Origin: Vicinamibacterales bacterium
GTDB taxonomy: Bacteria; Acidobacteriota; Vicinamibacteria; Vicinamibacterales; UBA8438
DNA: 64,000 nucleotides
Direction of reading: 5' to 3'
Assembly (NCBI GenBank): GCA_965242835.1
Contig: OZ251506.1
Coordinates: 2,842,130-2,906,129 of the forward strand
In this document: piece after piece, positions 50,683-60,945 of the stretch
Layout: the number at the start of each line of letters is the position of its first letter
Numbering within the stretch: the stretch's first letter is position 1
Notes under the pieces: model-generated
What the model was told of the DNA's origin: nothing
The model's database searches: none
What the model saw: the letters and a program-made list of their open reading frames with translations, nothing else
Translations under genes and position numbers: made by a program

Positions 50683-50745
50683 TCCAAGGCAAGCATACGA
50701 CATCCCGGCCGGCATCCCGCGCCGGTGCGGTATCGTAGGGGAACC

Positions 50746-52077
50746 ATGGACGAGCACCAGCGCCGGGTCGGCGGCGACGAGCGCGCGGGCACCGCCGGGC
50801 GGGCGCGCGGCGAGCGGGACCGGCGCCGGGCGATCTGGTCGTGGTGCCTGTACGACTGGGCGAACTCGGCGTTCACGACGCTGGTCGTCACCTTCATCTA
50901 TTCCGCCTACTTCACGGCCGCGTTCGCGGACGACCCCGGACGGGGCACCGCGCTGTGGTCGCGCGGCATCACGGCGAGCGCGCTGGCCGTCGCGGCCCTG
51001 GCCCCGCTCGCGGGCGCGCTGGCCGACCGCGGCGGCCGGCGCCGGTACCTGATCCTCTGCTCGCTGGTCTGCGTCGCGGCGACGGCGGCGCTGACCTTCG
51101 TGCGGCCGGACCAGGCCAACGCGGTCGTGATCGCCCTCGGGGTGTTCGTCGTGGCCAACGTCGCGTTCGAGCTCGGCCTGGTCTTCTACAACGCGTTCCT
51201 GCCGGCCATCGCCGCCCCGGAGCGCATCGGCCGGATCTCCGGCTACGGGTGGGGACTGGGCTACGTCGGGGGCCTGCTGGCGCTGGTGGCGGCGCTGGTG
51301 GTCTTCGTGCCCGAGACGCCGCCGTTCGGCATCCCGACCGACGGCGGGTTCAACCTGCGGGCCACCAACCTGCTGGTCGCCGGCTGGTTCCTGCTGTTCG
51401 CGGTCCCCGCCTTCGTCTTCCTCCGCGACGAGGCCCCCGCGGGCGGCGGGGTGAGCGTGCGGCGCGCCTTCACGGACCTGGCGGCCACCGCGCGCCATCT
51501 GCGGCGCTACCGGCAGGTCGGCCTGTTCCTGCTGGCGCGCCTGTTCTACAACGACGGTCTGGTGACCATCTTCGCCTTCGGCGGAATCTACGCGGTCGGC
51601 ACGTTCGGCTTCGGCTTCGAGGACCTGGTGACGTTCGGCATCGTCATCAACGTCGGGGCCGGTCTCGGCGCGCTGGCGTTCGGCTTCGTCGACGACCGCA
51701 TCGGCGGCAAGGCGACGGTCGGGCTGAGCGTGGCGGCGCTGGCGGGGGCGACGCTGCTGGCCGCGGCGGCGCAGACGCGGACCGCGTTCTGGGTGGCGGC
51801 GGTGGCGGTCGGCGTCTTCGCCGGGCCCAACCAGTCGGCCAGCCGGTCGCTGATGGCGCGCTTCGTCCCGGCGAAGCACGAGTCGGAGTTCTTCGGCTTC
51901 TTCGCCTTCTCCGGCAAGGTGACCTCGTTCCTCGGCCCGGTCCTGCTCGGCGTGCTGAGCGACGTCTACAGCCAGCGCGTCGGGGTGGCGAGCCTGCTGG
52001 TCTTCTTCCTCGTGGGCGGCCTGATCCTCCGGCGCGTCGACGAGCGGGAGGGCGTCGCCGCGGCCGGCCGCGCGTGA
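50746..52077 (+). CDS. MFS transporter, UMF1/Atg22-like family
   Basis: Internal start MDEHQRRVGG. WSWCLYDWANSAFTT is the hallmark N-terminal motif; about 12 TM spans. Confidence 0.85.
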   Translation: MDEHQRRVGGDERAGTAGRARGERDRRRAIWSWCLYDWANSAFTTLVVTFIYSAYFTAAFADDPGRGTALWSRGITASALAVAALAPLAGALADRGGRRRYLILCSLVCVAATAALTFVRPDQANAVVIALGVFVVANVAFELGLVFYNAFLPAIAAPERIGRISGYGWGLGYVGGLLALVAALVVFVPETPPFGIPTDGGFNLRATNLLVAGWFLLFAVPAFVFLRDEAPAGGGVSVRRAFTDLAATARHLRRYRQVGLFLLARLFYNDGLVTIFAFGGIYAVGTFGFGFEDLVTFGIVINVGAGLGALAFGFVDDRIGGKATVGLSVAALAGATLLAAAAQTRTAFWVAAVAVGVFAGPNQSASRSLMARFVPAKHESEFFGFFAFSGKVTSFLGPVLLGVLSDVYSQRVGVASLLVFFLVGGLILRRVDEREGVAAAGRA

Positions 52078-52203
52078 CGGGCCGGCTCGCCGGCCGGAGG
52101 GGGCGCGTCGGCGCGGTCCGGTCCGCGGGCGGTGATAGAGTAGAGCCGAAGGACGCGCGCGGCGCATCGAAGCGCCGGGGCGCGTCCGTTTGGGGAGGTC
52201 GTC

Positions 52204-52968
52204 ATGCAACGTCACGTCAGCGGTTTCGCCGCGCTGCTCGCCGGCGCGATCCTCGCGCCCGGCGCCGCGTCCGTCACCCTCGCGCAGGAGGAGACCTCGT
52301 GGATGCGGGTCGACGTCCTGCAGGTCCAGCCCCGGGAGCTGGACGACTTCATCGAGATGCAGCTCGAAGAGGTCAATCCGGCGCTGCGGCGGGCCGGCGT
52401 GCCGTGGCGCTCGGCGTGGCGCACGGCGGAGTTCGGGAACACGTACGAGCGGCTGTTCGTGACGCCGGTCGAGAGCCTGGCCGAGCTCGACTTCGGCGGT
52501 CCGCTGGCGCGCGTCCTCGAGCCGGACCGCCTGGCGCGGATCCGCGACCGCGTGCGCCGGACCCTCTCCGCCCGGCAGAGTTACGCGGTGCGCTACCGTT
52601 CCGACCTGAGCGTCGAATCCGACGACGTCAGCGGTCTGTCGCTGGCCTGGATCACGACCCTGCAGGTGGCCCCGGGCCGGCTCGCCGACTGGGAGGCGTT
52701 CCTGCGGGAGAACCTCACGCAGTTCCGCGGCGCCGACGTGGTCTTCGGCGTCTACGAGCGCGTGTTCGGGCCGGGGCCGGCGGTGTGGCAGATCGTCGAG
52801 AACCACTCCAGCTTCGCCGAGCTCGATCGCCCCACCATCCTGCAGCGGACCTTCGGCGAACAGGCGGACGAGGTCGCGGCCCGCCTGGCCGGCGTCCTCC
52901 TGTCCATCGAGCGCAGCGTGCTGCGCTACGATCCCGAGCTGAGCTTCTCCACGCCGGCGGCGCGGTAG
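52204..52968 (+). CDS. Hypothetical secreted protein (254 aa), two similar halves
   Basis: GGGGAGG SD, signal peptide FAALLAGAILAPGAASVTLAQ, balanced composition. No family recognised. Confidence 0.65.
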   Translation: MQRHVSGFAALLAGAILAPGAASVTLAQEETSWMRVDVLQVQPRELDDFIEMQLEEVNPALRRAGVPWRSAWRTAEFGNTYERLFVTPVESLAELDFGGPLARVLEPDRLARIRDRVRRTLSARQSYAVRYRSDLSVESDDVSGLSLAWITTLQVAPGRLADWEAFLRENLTQFRGADVVFGVYERVFGPGPAVWQIVENHSSFAELDRPTILQRTFGEQADEVAARLAGVLLSIERSVLRYDPELSFSTPAAR

Positions 52969-53092
52969 CGCGCCCCACCGGGCGTCGCCTTGCGGCGGCG
53001 GTCGGGTGGCGGCCGGGCGGCGAACCCGCGTAGCGGAGGGGGTTCCGCCGGCGCGTTGCGGCCCGCCGGAACCCGGTTCGAGAAGGCGCGCG

Positions 53093-54808
53093 CTACTCGT
53101 CGAGCGCGAAGACGAAGAGCCCGTTGCCCCCGACCGGACGCTTCTCCTCCGGCATCAGATCGGCCGGGATCATGCCGCCCCAGCTCGCGCCGCCGGCGCC
53201 GACCGGCACCGCCACGTACTGCCGGCCGTCGACCGCGTAGCTGATCGGGAACCCCTGGACGGAGGTCGGCAGCCGCCGGCGCCAGAGGATCTCGCCGTCC
53301 GCGGCGTCGAAGGCGTAGACGTAGCGGTCCCAGCTTCCCGCGAACGCCAGCCCCCCGGCGGTGGTCAGCGCGGCGCTGTTGATCGGCGTCTTGAAGCGCT
53401 GCCGCCAGAGGACCTCGCCGGTGCGGATGCTCATCGACAGCAGCTCGCCGAGCTGCCCCGGGCTGTCCGGGTGGAAGTGGTTGGTGCGCCGCACCGGGCC
53501 GGTCCCGCCGCCCCCTTCGACGCGGTCCACCGGCCCGAAGACGGCGGTCTCGCAGTTGAGGTTGATGGGGATGACGAAGGCCTCGGTCGCCGGGTGGTAC
53601 GCCATCGCCCGCCAGCTCTTGAAGCCGGCGGTGCTCGGGCACCAGAAGATCTCCTCGTAGAGCTCGGGGATCATGCCCTCCCGGTAGGTGACCGCGCCGG
53701 TCTCGGGATCGACGTCGGCGAAGGTCTGGTAGCCGAGGTCGTGCGCGTTGCGGAACGCGCCGGTCTCGACGTCGAGCTCCCAGAGCACCGCCATCTTGCC
53801 CATCGTGAAGACCGAGCGCCGCCCGCCGTAGTCGACCAGGATCCGCTCGAAGACCTCGTCCATGTCGAGGGTCTCGCCGGGGATGTGCTGGAAGTACCAC
53901 TTCATCGCGCCCGTGTCGGGGTCGAGCGCGAGGGTGGAATTCGTGTAGAGCGCGTCGCCGTCGGTGCCGCGCGCCGCCCGCGCCCACGGCTTGGCCTGCG
54001 ACGTGCCGTGGAACAGGGTGCGGGTGACCGGGTCGTAGCTGCCCGGAATCCACGAGTCGCTCCCGGCCCGGAACATGACCGGCAGGTCGCCCCACGAGTC
54101 GCCGCCCCGCTCGCCGGGCAGGGCGATGGTGGAGGTCCGCCAGCGCTCCTCGCCGGTGCGCGCGTCGAGCCCCACGATGTAGCAGGTGTCGTCGCGGTAG
54201 CGCCCGCAGCCGGTCAGCCCCGAGACCACCTTGCCGTCGGCGACGATGGATCCGCTGGAGTACTGGAAACCGGCCCCGCGGCCGACGTCGGCGTCCCAGA
54301 CCGCCTCGCCGGTGCGCGCGTCGAGGGCGATGACGTGCGCGTCGGCGGTGTTCAGATAGACCTTGTCCTCGTAGATGGCGATGTTGCGGTGCGCGCGGCC
54401 GGGCGGCGGGCCGCCGAAGCTGTTCCCCGGCGGCGGCGCGTCGCGGCGGTACTCCCACAGGAAGTCGCCGGTGGCGGCGTCGAGCGCCTGCACGATCTCG
54501 CCGGGATTGGCGATGTACAGCACGCCGTCGTGCACCAGCGGCGTGGTCTGCTGCGAGCCCGGCCCCAGGCTCCAGCTCCACGCCAGCCGCAGCCGGTCCA
54601 CGTTGTCCGTGGTTATCTGGTCGAGGGGGCTGTGGCCCTGGCCGTCGAGCGTGCGCCGCCAGCTCAGCCAGTCGGACGGCGGCGGGTCGCGCAGCGCGTC
54701 GTCGGTGACGGGGGTGTAGTCCTCCCCCTGGGCGCCGGCGGGCGCGGCCGGAGCGGCGCCGAGCGCGGCGGCGAGGACGGACGTTGCGAAGAGGTTGCGG
54801 CGTGTCAT
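53093..54808 (-). CDS. PQQ-dependent dehydrogenase, second paralog, periplasmic
   Basis: Internal start MTRRNLFATSVLAAALGAAPAAPAGAQ. Motifs DDALRDPPPSDWLSWRRTLDGQGHSPL, GVLYIANPG, TGDFLWE, TGEVLWRQ. Confidence 0.9.
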   Translation of the reverse strand: MTRRNLFATSVLAAALGAAPAAPAGAQGEDYTPVTDDALRDPPPSDWLSWRRTLDGQGHSPLDQITTDNVDRLRLAWSWSLGPGSQQTTPLVHDGVLYIANPGEIVQALDAATGDFLWEYRRDAPPPGNSFGGPPPGRAHRNIAIYEDKVYLNTADAHVIALDARTGEAVWDADVGRGAGFQYSSGSIVADGKVVSGLTGCGRYRDDTCYIVGLDARTGEERWRTSTIALPGERGGDSWGDLPVMFRAGSDSWIPGSYDPVTRTLFHGTSQAKPWARAARGTDGDALYTNSTLALDPDTGAMKWYFQHIPGETLDMDEVFERILVDYGGRRSVFTMGKMAVLWELDVETGAFRNAHDLGYQTFADVDPETGAVTYREGMIPELYEEIFWCPSTAGFKSWRAMAYHPATEAFVIPINLNCETAVFGPVDRVEGGGGTGPVRRTNHFHPDSPGQLGELLSMSIRTGEVLWRQRFKTPINSAALTTAGGLAFAGSWDRYVYAFDAADGEILWRRRLPTSVQGFPISYAVDGRQYVAVPVGAGGASWGGMIPADLMPEEKRPVGGNGLFVFALDE

Positions 54809-54982
54809 GAAGTCACTCCCGAGTTCCTTTCGTTTCCGGGCCCGCATCGGCCGGGCGGCGAGGCTGCCGTCCATGCCCCTGCCGAGGGAGACACGGGCGC
54901 TCCGTGCGCACGGACAGGATCGATCCGAATCGGCCGCGCGGTCAACCGCCGGACCCCGGGGCGTCCGCTTCCGGGGCGGTTC

Positions 54983-55705
54983 TCAGGCCCGGACGATCTG
55001 CCGCACGACGATCGCCGCGCCGGTCAGGGCCACGACGGCCAGGACCGCCGGCCGCGTGCGGCCACGGTCGATCCACGGCGCGACGCGGCGCGAGAGGGCG
55101 AGTCCGGCCAGCATGCCGGGCAGCATCACCAGCGCCAGGCGCAGCTCGCCCGCGCCGAAACGGCCGACGATCCACAGCGCGGCCAGCGACACGATCGTCC
55201 CCACCACGAAGAACCCGGAGATCGTGCTCCGGATGCGCGCTCCGGAGGCGTCCTGGTAGAGCAGCGCCAGCGGCGGGCCGCCGACCGCCGCGACCGTGCC
55301 GAGCAGCCCCGAGACCACGCCGGCGGCGACCAGGGCGCGGCCGGTCGGCTCGAACCGCAGCCCGGACACGCTCAGGGCCACGGCGGCCAGGATGAACGAC
55401 CCGAACAGGAGGACGAGCGTGTCGGCGGCCACGGCCGCCAGCACGCCGCCCGCGGCGACCGTCCCGGCGATGCGCCCCAGGATCGCCCACTTGATGCCGC
55501 GCACGTCTATCGCCCGCCGCTCGCGGCAGGCCATCAACAGCGTCAGGACCAGGGTGCAGACCAGGATGGGGGCCGGGACGAAGCGCGGGTCGAGCAGGAT
55601 GAGGAGCGGCGCGGCCAGCAGTCCCATGCCGAAACCGATCGCCCCCTGCAGCGTCGCCCCGACGAACGTGAGCGCCGTCACGAGCGCGACTTCGGCGAAG
55701 GACAA
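54983..55705 (-). CDS. TauE/SafE-family anion exporter
   Basis: Eight hydrophobic spans. N-terminal FVGATLQGAIGFGMGLLAAPLL is typical for TauE. Confidence 0.85.
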   Translation of the reverse strand: MSFAEVALVTALTFVGATLQGAIGFGMGLLAAPLLILLDPRFVPAPILVCTLVLTLLMACRERRAIDVRGIKWAILGRIAGTVAAGGVLAAVAADTLVLLFGSFILAAVALSVSGLRFEPTGRALVAAGVVSGLLGTVAAVGGPPLALLYQDASGARIRSTISGFFVVGTIVSLAALWIVGRFGAGELRLALVMLPGMLAGLALSRRVAPWIDRGRTRPAVLAVVALTGAAIVVRQIVRA

Positions 55706-55870
55706 GACGCGGCAAGTTTACCGCGGGACCCCGGACGGCCGGCGGGCCGGGGGCTGGCGGGCCGCCGGCACGACGGTAACGTGGACGGCGCCGGACTGGT
55801 GACCCGGCGTGCCCGGACGCCTTCGACGAGGCGTCGCACCCGGCCCCGTTCCTCGCGGTAGACTGGACGA

Positions 55871-56551
55871 ATGAGCGGCGCTCCCGTCCGGCCGCGGCCG
55901 GCCGCCTCGGTGATGCTGATGCGGACCGGCGCCGGCGGCCTCGAGATCCTCTTTCTGCGGCGCAACCCGACGCTGGCCTTCCACGGCGGCTACTGGGTGT
56001 TCCCCGGCGGGCGGATCGACGACGCGGACGCCGACCCGGAGTCGCCCGGCGACCAGGCCGCGGCGGCGCGCCGGGCCGCCGTGCGCGAGGCCCGCGAGGA
56101 GGCCGGCGTCGACGTCGCGGCCGACGCGCTGGCGTTCGCCGTCCACTGGACGACGCCGGAGGTCAGCCCCATCCGTTTCGCCACCTGGTTCTTCGCCGCG
56201 CCGGCGCCGGCCGCGCGCGTCACGGTGGACGGCGGCGAGATCCACGCCCACCGCTGGCTGCCCCCGGCCGAGGCTCTCGCGCGGCAGCGGGCCGGCGAGA
56301 TCGCGCTGGCCGCGCCCACCTTCGCCCTGACGACGCGGATGGCGGACTTCGACGACGCGGACGCGGCGCTGGCCGCCGTGGCGGAGTGGCCCGAGGAGCG
56401 GCTGCTCGGCGACCTGCTCGACGTGGAAGGCGGTCAGGTGGCGCTGTACCACCAGGACGCGGCGCACGGCGGCGGCCCGCTGGACCGGCCGGGACCGCGG
56501 CACCGGCTGTGGATGGTGGAGTCGGGCTGGCGCTACGAGCGGGCGTTCTGA
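55871..56551 (+). CDS. NUDIX hydrolase
   Basis: FPGGRIDD...AAVREAREEAGV matches the Nudix box GX5EX7REUXEEXGU. Confidence 0.8.
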   Translation: MSGAPVRPRPAASVMLMRTGAGGLEILFLRRNPTLAFHGGYWVFPGGRIDDADADPESPGDQAAAARRAAVREAREEAGVDVAADALAFAVHWTTPEVSPIRFATWFFAAPAPAARVTVDGGEIHAHRWLPPAEALARQRAGEIALAAPTFALTTRMADFDDADAALAAVAEWPEERLLGDLLDVEGGQVALYHQDAAHGGGPLDRPGPRHRLWMVESGWRYERAF

Positions 56552-56705
56552 CCCGCTCCGCCGCGCGGATTCCCCGGCGGCGGCGACCGAGGTCGGAGGG
56601 CGTCGCGAGCGGTCGTTCCGACCCGCTCTTCCGCGCGGATTCCTCGGCGGCGGCGACCGAGTCGAGGGCGTCGCGAGCGGTCGTTTCGACCCGCGCTCCC
56701 GCTCC
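56546..56705. repeat. About 2.3 tandem copies of a ~69-bp unit starting at the NUDIX stop codon
   Basis: tt(c)(t/c)gacccgctc(t)(c/t)ccgcgcggattcc(c/t)cggcggcggcgaccgag(g)tcg(g)agggcgtcgcgagcggtcg occurs at 56546 and 56616; a partial third copy starts at 56683. Confidence 0.85.
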
Positions 56706-56776
56706 GCGTCCGGCGTCGGTCTCGCAGCGCCGGTTGCGCGCCGCGTCCTCGCGCCGACGGCCTTCGCGTCCGGCGT

Positions 56777-57280
56777 CTATTCCGTCGCCGCGGCGTCGAA
56801 CGGCTCGATCGTGCCGTACATCAGGCCGCCGTACTCGCCGTGGTCCCACGTGCCCGCGTAGCGTTCGTCGTGGAAGACCACGCGCGCGCCGAACTCCTCG
56901 CCGAGGCCGGGGATGGCGAAGTCGGTGATGCTGACCATCGGCGTGTCGCCCGCCCAGACCATCGGCACCACCACCGGCAGCGTGGCGTCGACGCTGCCGT
57001 AGGTCAGGCGCACGTCGAACCGCCAGCGGTCGCCCTCCAGCTTGGTGACCTCGCTGATCTCGTAGCGCTCCGGCAGGCCGTCGCGCCGCTCCTGCCCCTC
57101 GATGGTGAAGTGGCCCACGAGGACGACGTTGCGCATCCGTTCCGTGAACTCGCGTTCGAGGTCCGTGAGGGAGGCGGGGGCGGCCTCCTGCCCGGTCCCC
57201 GTGGCCGCCGTCAGCCATCCGAGGCCGAACACGGCGGCCAGCACGACGCCGGCGGCGGCGATCTTCGTCACGGCATTCAT
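56777..57280 (-). CDS. Hypothetical secreted/anchored protein (167 aa)
   Basis: Internal start MNAVTKIAAAGVVLAAVFGLGWL in ORF 56777..58876. Balanced composition (FTIEGQERRDGLPERYEISEVTKLEGDRWRFDVRLTYG). Confidence 0.65.
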   Translation of the reverse strand: MNAVTKIAAAGVVLAAVFGLGWLTAATGTGQEAAPASLTDLEREFTERMRNVVLVGHFTIEGQERRDGLPERYEISEVTKLEGDRWRFDVRLTYGSVDATLPVVVPMVWAGDTPMVSITDFAIPGLGEEFGARVVFHDERYAGTWDHGEYGGLMYGTIEPFDAAATE

Positions 57281-57360
57281 CGCAGTCGACCTCCCGGAAA
57301 TGGCGCGATGCGCGATTATAGCCGGTTCGCGCCGCGCGCCGCGGCTCGGCGGGGCCGGGT

Positions 57361-58530
57361 TCAGGCGCCGCCCCCGGCGGCCTGCCACCGCAGCCAGTGG
57401 TCGGCCAGGACCAGGGCGACCATCGCTTCCGCCATCGGGACGAAGCGGGGGAGCAGGCACGGGTCGTGGCGGCCCTTCGTGGCGATGGTGGCCGGCGCGC
57501 CGCCGCGGGTCACCGTCTCCTGCGGTTGCGGCAGGCTGCTGGTCGGCTTGACCGCGGCGCGCAGGACGATCGGCATCCCGCTGGAGATGCCGCCGAGCAT
57601 GCCGCCGTGCCGGTTCGTACGGGTGGCGACGCGCGCCGCGGCGGCGCGCCCGGAGCCCTCGGGCGCGGCCTCGCCGCCGCCGGCCCGCCCGGCGCCGCCG
57701 GGCGCGTAGAACAGGTCGTTGCACTCCGTGCCGCGCAGCGCCGCGCAGCCGAACCCGACCCCGTACTCGACGCCCAGCACCGCCGGGAGGCTGAACAGGG
57801 CCTTGCCGAGGTCCGCCTTCAGCTTGTCGAAGACCGGCTCGCCGAGCCCGGCCGGCACGCCGGTGGCCGCGACCTCGGCCACGCCGCCGATCGAGTTCCG
57901 CTCGCCGCGCATCCGCTCGATCAGCGCCACCATGCGCCCGGCCGCCGCGGCGTCGGGGCAGCGCACCACGTTCGGCCGGCCGTCCGGGAGCCGCTCCACG
58001 GCGTCGAGGGTCACCGCGGCCGGGTCCGGCACCTCCGCCGCGACGTCCCCGACCTGCCGCACGTAGCCGACGACCCGCCCCCCGAACCGCGCGGCGATCA
58101 GCTTCTTCGCGATCGCGCCGGCCGCGACGCGGACCGCCGTCTCCCGCGCGCTCGCCCGCCCACCGCCCCGGTAGTCGCGGAAGCCGTACTTCGCGTCGTA
58201 GCCGTGGTCGGCGTGGCCGGGGCGGTACTTGTCGCGGATGGCGGCGTAGTCGCGGCTGCGCTGGTCGCGGTTGCGCACCAGGACGGCGATGCTCGCGCCG
58301 GTCGTGCGGCCCTCGAACACGCCGGAAAGAATCTCCGGCTCGTCCGGCTCGTCGCGCGGGGTGACGATGGCGCTCTGGCCCGGGCGCCGGCGCGCCAGAT
58401 CGGGGATCAGGTCCTCGACGCCCAGAGGCAGCCCCGGGGGGCAGCCGTCGACGATGACGAGGTTGCCGGGGCCGTGCGACTCGCCGGCGGTGGTGATCCG
58501 GAAGGCTTGCCCGAAGCTGTTGCCCGGCAT
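57361..58530 (-). CDS. aroC: Chorismate synthase
   Basis: MPGNSFGQAFRITTAGESHGPG, GRTTG, RPGHADHGYDAKYG..DYRGGGRASARETA, GG(M/I)LGGISSG. Confidence 0.95.
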   Translation of the reverse strand: MPGNSFGQAFRITTAGESHGPGNLVIVDGCPPGLPLGVEDLIPDLARRRPGQSAIVTPRDEPDEPEILSGVFEGRTTGASIAVLVRNRDQRSRDYAAIRDKYRPGHADHGYDAKYGFRDYRGGGRASARETAVRVAAGAIAKKLIAARFGGRVVGYVRQVGDVAAEVPDPAAVTLDAVERLPDGRPNVVRCPDAAAAGRMVALIERMRGERNSIGGVAEVAATGVPAGLGEPVFDKLKADLGKALFSLPAVLGVEYGVGFGCAALRGTECNDLFYAPGGAGRAGGGEAAPEGSGRAAAARVATRTNRHGGMLGGISSGMPIVLRAAVKPTSSLPQPQETVTRGGAPATIATKGRHDPCLLPRFVPMAEAMVALVLADHWLRWQAAGGGA

Positions 58531-58617
58531 CGCGGGAAGGATGGTACCCCCACGCCTCCCCGAACGTCGACCGCCGGGACCGCCGGTGCCGGCCCGTCAC
58601 GCGCCTCCGGTTTCCGG

Positions 58618-59564
58618 CTACCGTTCGAGCCCCGGATCGAGTCCCCGGAGGTGCGGGTCGAACGCGCGCTTCATCGCCGCCGCGGCCTGGTTGATTTCGC
58701 GCATCTTCGCCGGGTCGACTTCGTCCTCGCGGTCGGCGGGGACCGCGTAGCGGATGACCCAGCGGCCCGCGGCGATCCGTCCGTCCCATTCGAGGGGCCG
58801 CGGAAGGCCGGCGGCGGCGAACGCCCGATCGATTTCGTCCCGGCGCTCGGCCAACGCGTCGATCGCCGCCGTCCATCGGCCTTGCGCGTTGGTGACGACC
58901 ACCCGGGCCTCCCGGCGGTTGACCGCGACCCGGTAGAGCAGCCCCGCGCCCCGCGCATGCGTGTGCTGCACCCCGTCGGCCCTCGGCGCGAGGTCCCTGA
59001 ACGGCGAGTCGATCCCTTCGTCCCGCGCCTGCGCGAACAGGGCGGCCATGAAGTCACGTCTCCGACGCTGCGCCGGCGTCAGGTCCAGGCCGGCGTCTCC
59101 GTCGACCAGCGCGTCTTCGGACGGCCCGGCGACGACCGTGAACAGGGGGCGGCCGGGGAGTCGCCGATCCGGACGGCGCGCACGGTGACCATCCAGATCC
59201 GCCCCCCGCCGCGGGCGTTCAGGGTCTCCACGGCCTTGACGTGCTCCCGCCTGGCCTCTTCCACGATCCAGATCGCGCGCTGGACCTCGCGGTGCGAAAG
59301 ATAGGTCACGAGCTGGCCCAGGTGGCGATGGTCGCTCCGGCCGTACTGGTTCTCGACGACGACGTCGCCGAAGTCGGTTTCCGCCACCAGGTCGATGCGG
59401 AAGTCGCCGGCGCCGACCTCGCTCCGGGCGTTGCTCAGGCCCAGTCCGAGCACCTTGTCGAGCTCGACGACGTGCGACCGCAGCCACGGGGTGAAGTCGG
59501 CGTTCTCGGTCGGCCAGACGTCGCGGATCGACACCGTCTCGATGAATCCGACTTCCAGGGGCAT
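58618..59564 (-). CDS. PD-(D/E)XK nuclease-fold + DUF4268 protein; frame broken in a G5 run (59145-59149)
   Basis: ORF 59079..59564: FRIDLVAETDFGDVVVENQYGRSDHRHLGQLVTYL...VRAVRIGDSPAAP. The continuation LFTVVAGPSEDA...LLYRVAVNRREARVVV...RPLEWDGRIAAGRWVIRY is in ORF 58618..59487. Confidence 0.7.
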
Positions 59565-59766
59565 GCGCGGGGGCGGGGGCCGGGCGGCCGTTCCAGCCCC
59601 GGACTGTACGCAGCGCCGCCGGCCGTCGTCAAGGCTGGTCGGACCCCGCCCCCGGCCGATGGGCAGCCGCGGCCGACCCGACCGACCACCGTCCGGCGCG
59701 CCGCGCTGTATGCGGCGGCCGCCGTTGCCCGCGGCCGGTCGGGCGCCGCCGCGGGCGCGGCGACGA

Positions 59767-60945
59767 TCAGCCCGTGGCCGGCGCGCCGCTCTCTCCGCGG
59801 TCCCGGCCGTGCGCAGCGGCGGCGGTCTGGTCCAGAACGTGCTGCATCAGCGAGGGGATGCCGGGGCTCCAGACCACCGGCGGCAACTGCCCCGGCGGGC
59901 GCCAGACGAAGCCGAGCCGGTTCAGCTCCTCGCGGGCCGCGCGCCGGCCGGAGGCGTCCAGACCGGCGGCGGCCAGCGCGGCGTCGACGTCCCCGTCGGC
60001 GGCGGTGGCGTCCAGGCCGCCCCGGAACGCGGACGCCACGGACAGGGCCGCCGGCAACAGTCCGCCCGCTTCCAGTTCCCGGCGCCGGCTCTCGTAGTAT
60101 TCCGTCACCCGCCGTGCGACGGCCGGGCGGGCCGCGGCGGCATGGACGGCGGTCAGCCGCGTCTCCCCCGTGGCCAGACGCTGGTTCCACAGCGCCTCGC
60201 CCCAGAGCTGGACGAAGTAGGCGTAGCGCTGGCTGTGCTCGATGATCGGGTCGAGCGCGTCGGCGTCGATGCCGACACCCTGTCCGGCGAGCGGGCCGGC
60301 CAGCGCTTCCCGGGCGGCGCCGCCGCTCAGGCGGCCGATGCCGAGCAGGCCGCTGCCCAGACGGTCCCAGAAGGAAGCGTTCATCCTGCCGAGATGCGCC
60401 GGCAGCCCCGGGGTGCCGGCCAGCACCAGCAGGAACGGCGCCCGGGCGCGAACGTCCTGACTGGCGTTCAGCAGGAGCTGGCCGACACCCGGGTCCAGCG
60501 TATGCGCTTCGTCGAGCAGCACGGCCACCGGCTTCCTGCGGCAGCGGGCGGTCAGCCGGTCCGCGAAGCCGTGCGCCGAGACGGAGGACGCCTCCCGTTC
60601 GACCTTGCCCGACCCCGTGACGCCCCATTTCGCAGGCAGCAGCCGGCGGAGGCCGGTGGCGGGCAGCAAGGCATCGAACAGGGCCCGTTCCGTGCGGACC
60701 CGGCTGGGGGCCAGACGGGCCGCGTCGACGCGAACCGCGCCGCAACGGCGTTCGAACCAGTTGAGCAGCGCCGTCTTGCCGTTGCCGCGCGGCCCGACCA
60801 GCACGACGTCGTGCGGCGGCGCCCGGCCGCCGAGCAGGTCCGACAGGCACAGCGACAGCGTCTCCTGCTCCCGCTCGCGCCCGGCCAGCACGGGCGGCGT
60901 GGCGCCGGCGCCGGGGGTGAAGAGCCGCCGCTCCGGCGTATCCAC
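59767..60945 (-). CDS. AAA+ ATPase, paralog of 18493..19650
   Basis: GTG start. LAGREREQETL, Walker A LVGPRGNGKTALL, Walker B VAVLLDEAH, LVLAGTPGL, C-terminal LNRLGFVWRPPGQLPPVVWSPGIPSL. TACACT box 6 nt upstream of the GTG. Confidence 0.8.
   Translation of the reverse strand: MDTPERRLFTPGAGATPPVLAGREREQETLSLCLSDLLGGRAPPHDVVLVGPRGNGKTALLNWFERRCGAVRVDAARLAPSRVRTERALFDALLPATGLRRLLPAKWGVTGSGKVEREASSVSAHGFADRLTARCRRKPVAVLLDEAHTLDPGVGQLLLNASQDVRARAPFLLVLAGTPGLPAHLGRMNASFWDRLGSGLLGIGRLSGGAAREALAGPLAGQGVGIDADALDPIIEHSQRYAYFVQLWGEALWNQRLATGETRLTAVHAAAARPAVARRVTEYYESRRRELEAGGLLPAALSVASAFRGGLDATAADGDVDAALAAAGLDASGRRAAREELNRLGFVWRPPGQLPPVVWSPGIPSLMQHVLDQTAAAAHGRDRGESGAPATG

Noticed and set aside
19650-59767. 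The 40-kb segment between the two same-orientation ATPase paralogs, considered as a composite mobile island.
   Set aside because: The paralogs are only moderately similar at nucleotide level (about three quarters by eye), the interval contains ordinary chromosomal genes (hyi-garR, ligase, MFS, PQQ dehydrogenase), and no integrase, transposase or att-like terminal repeats were seen.
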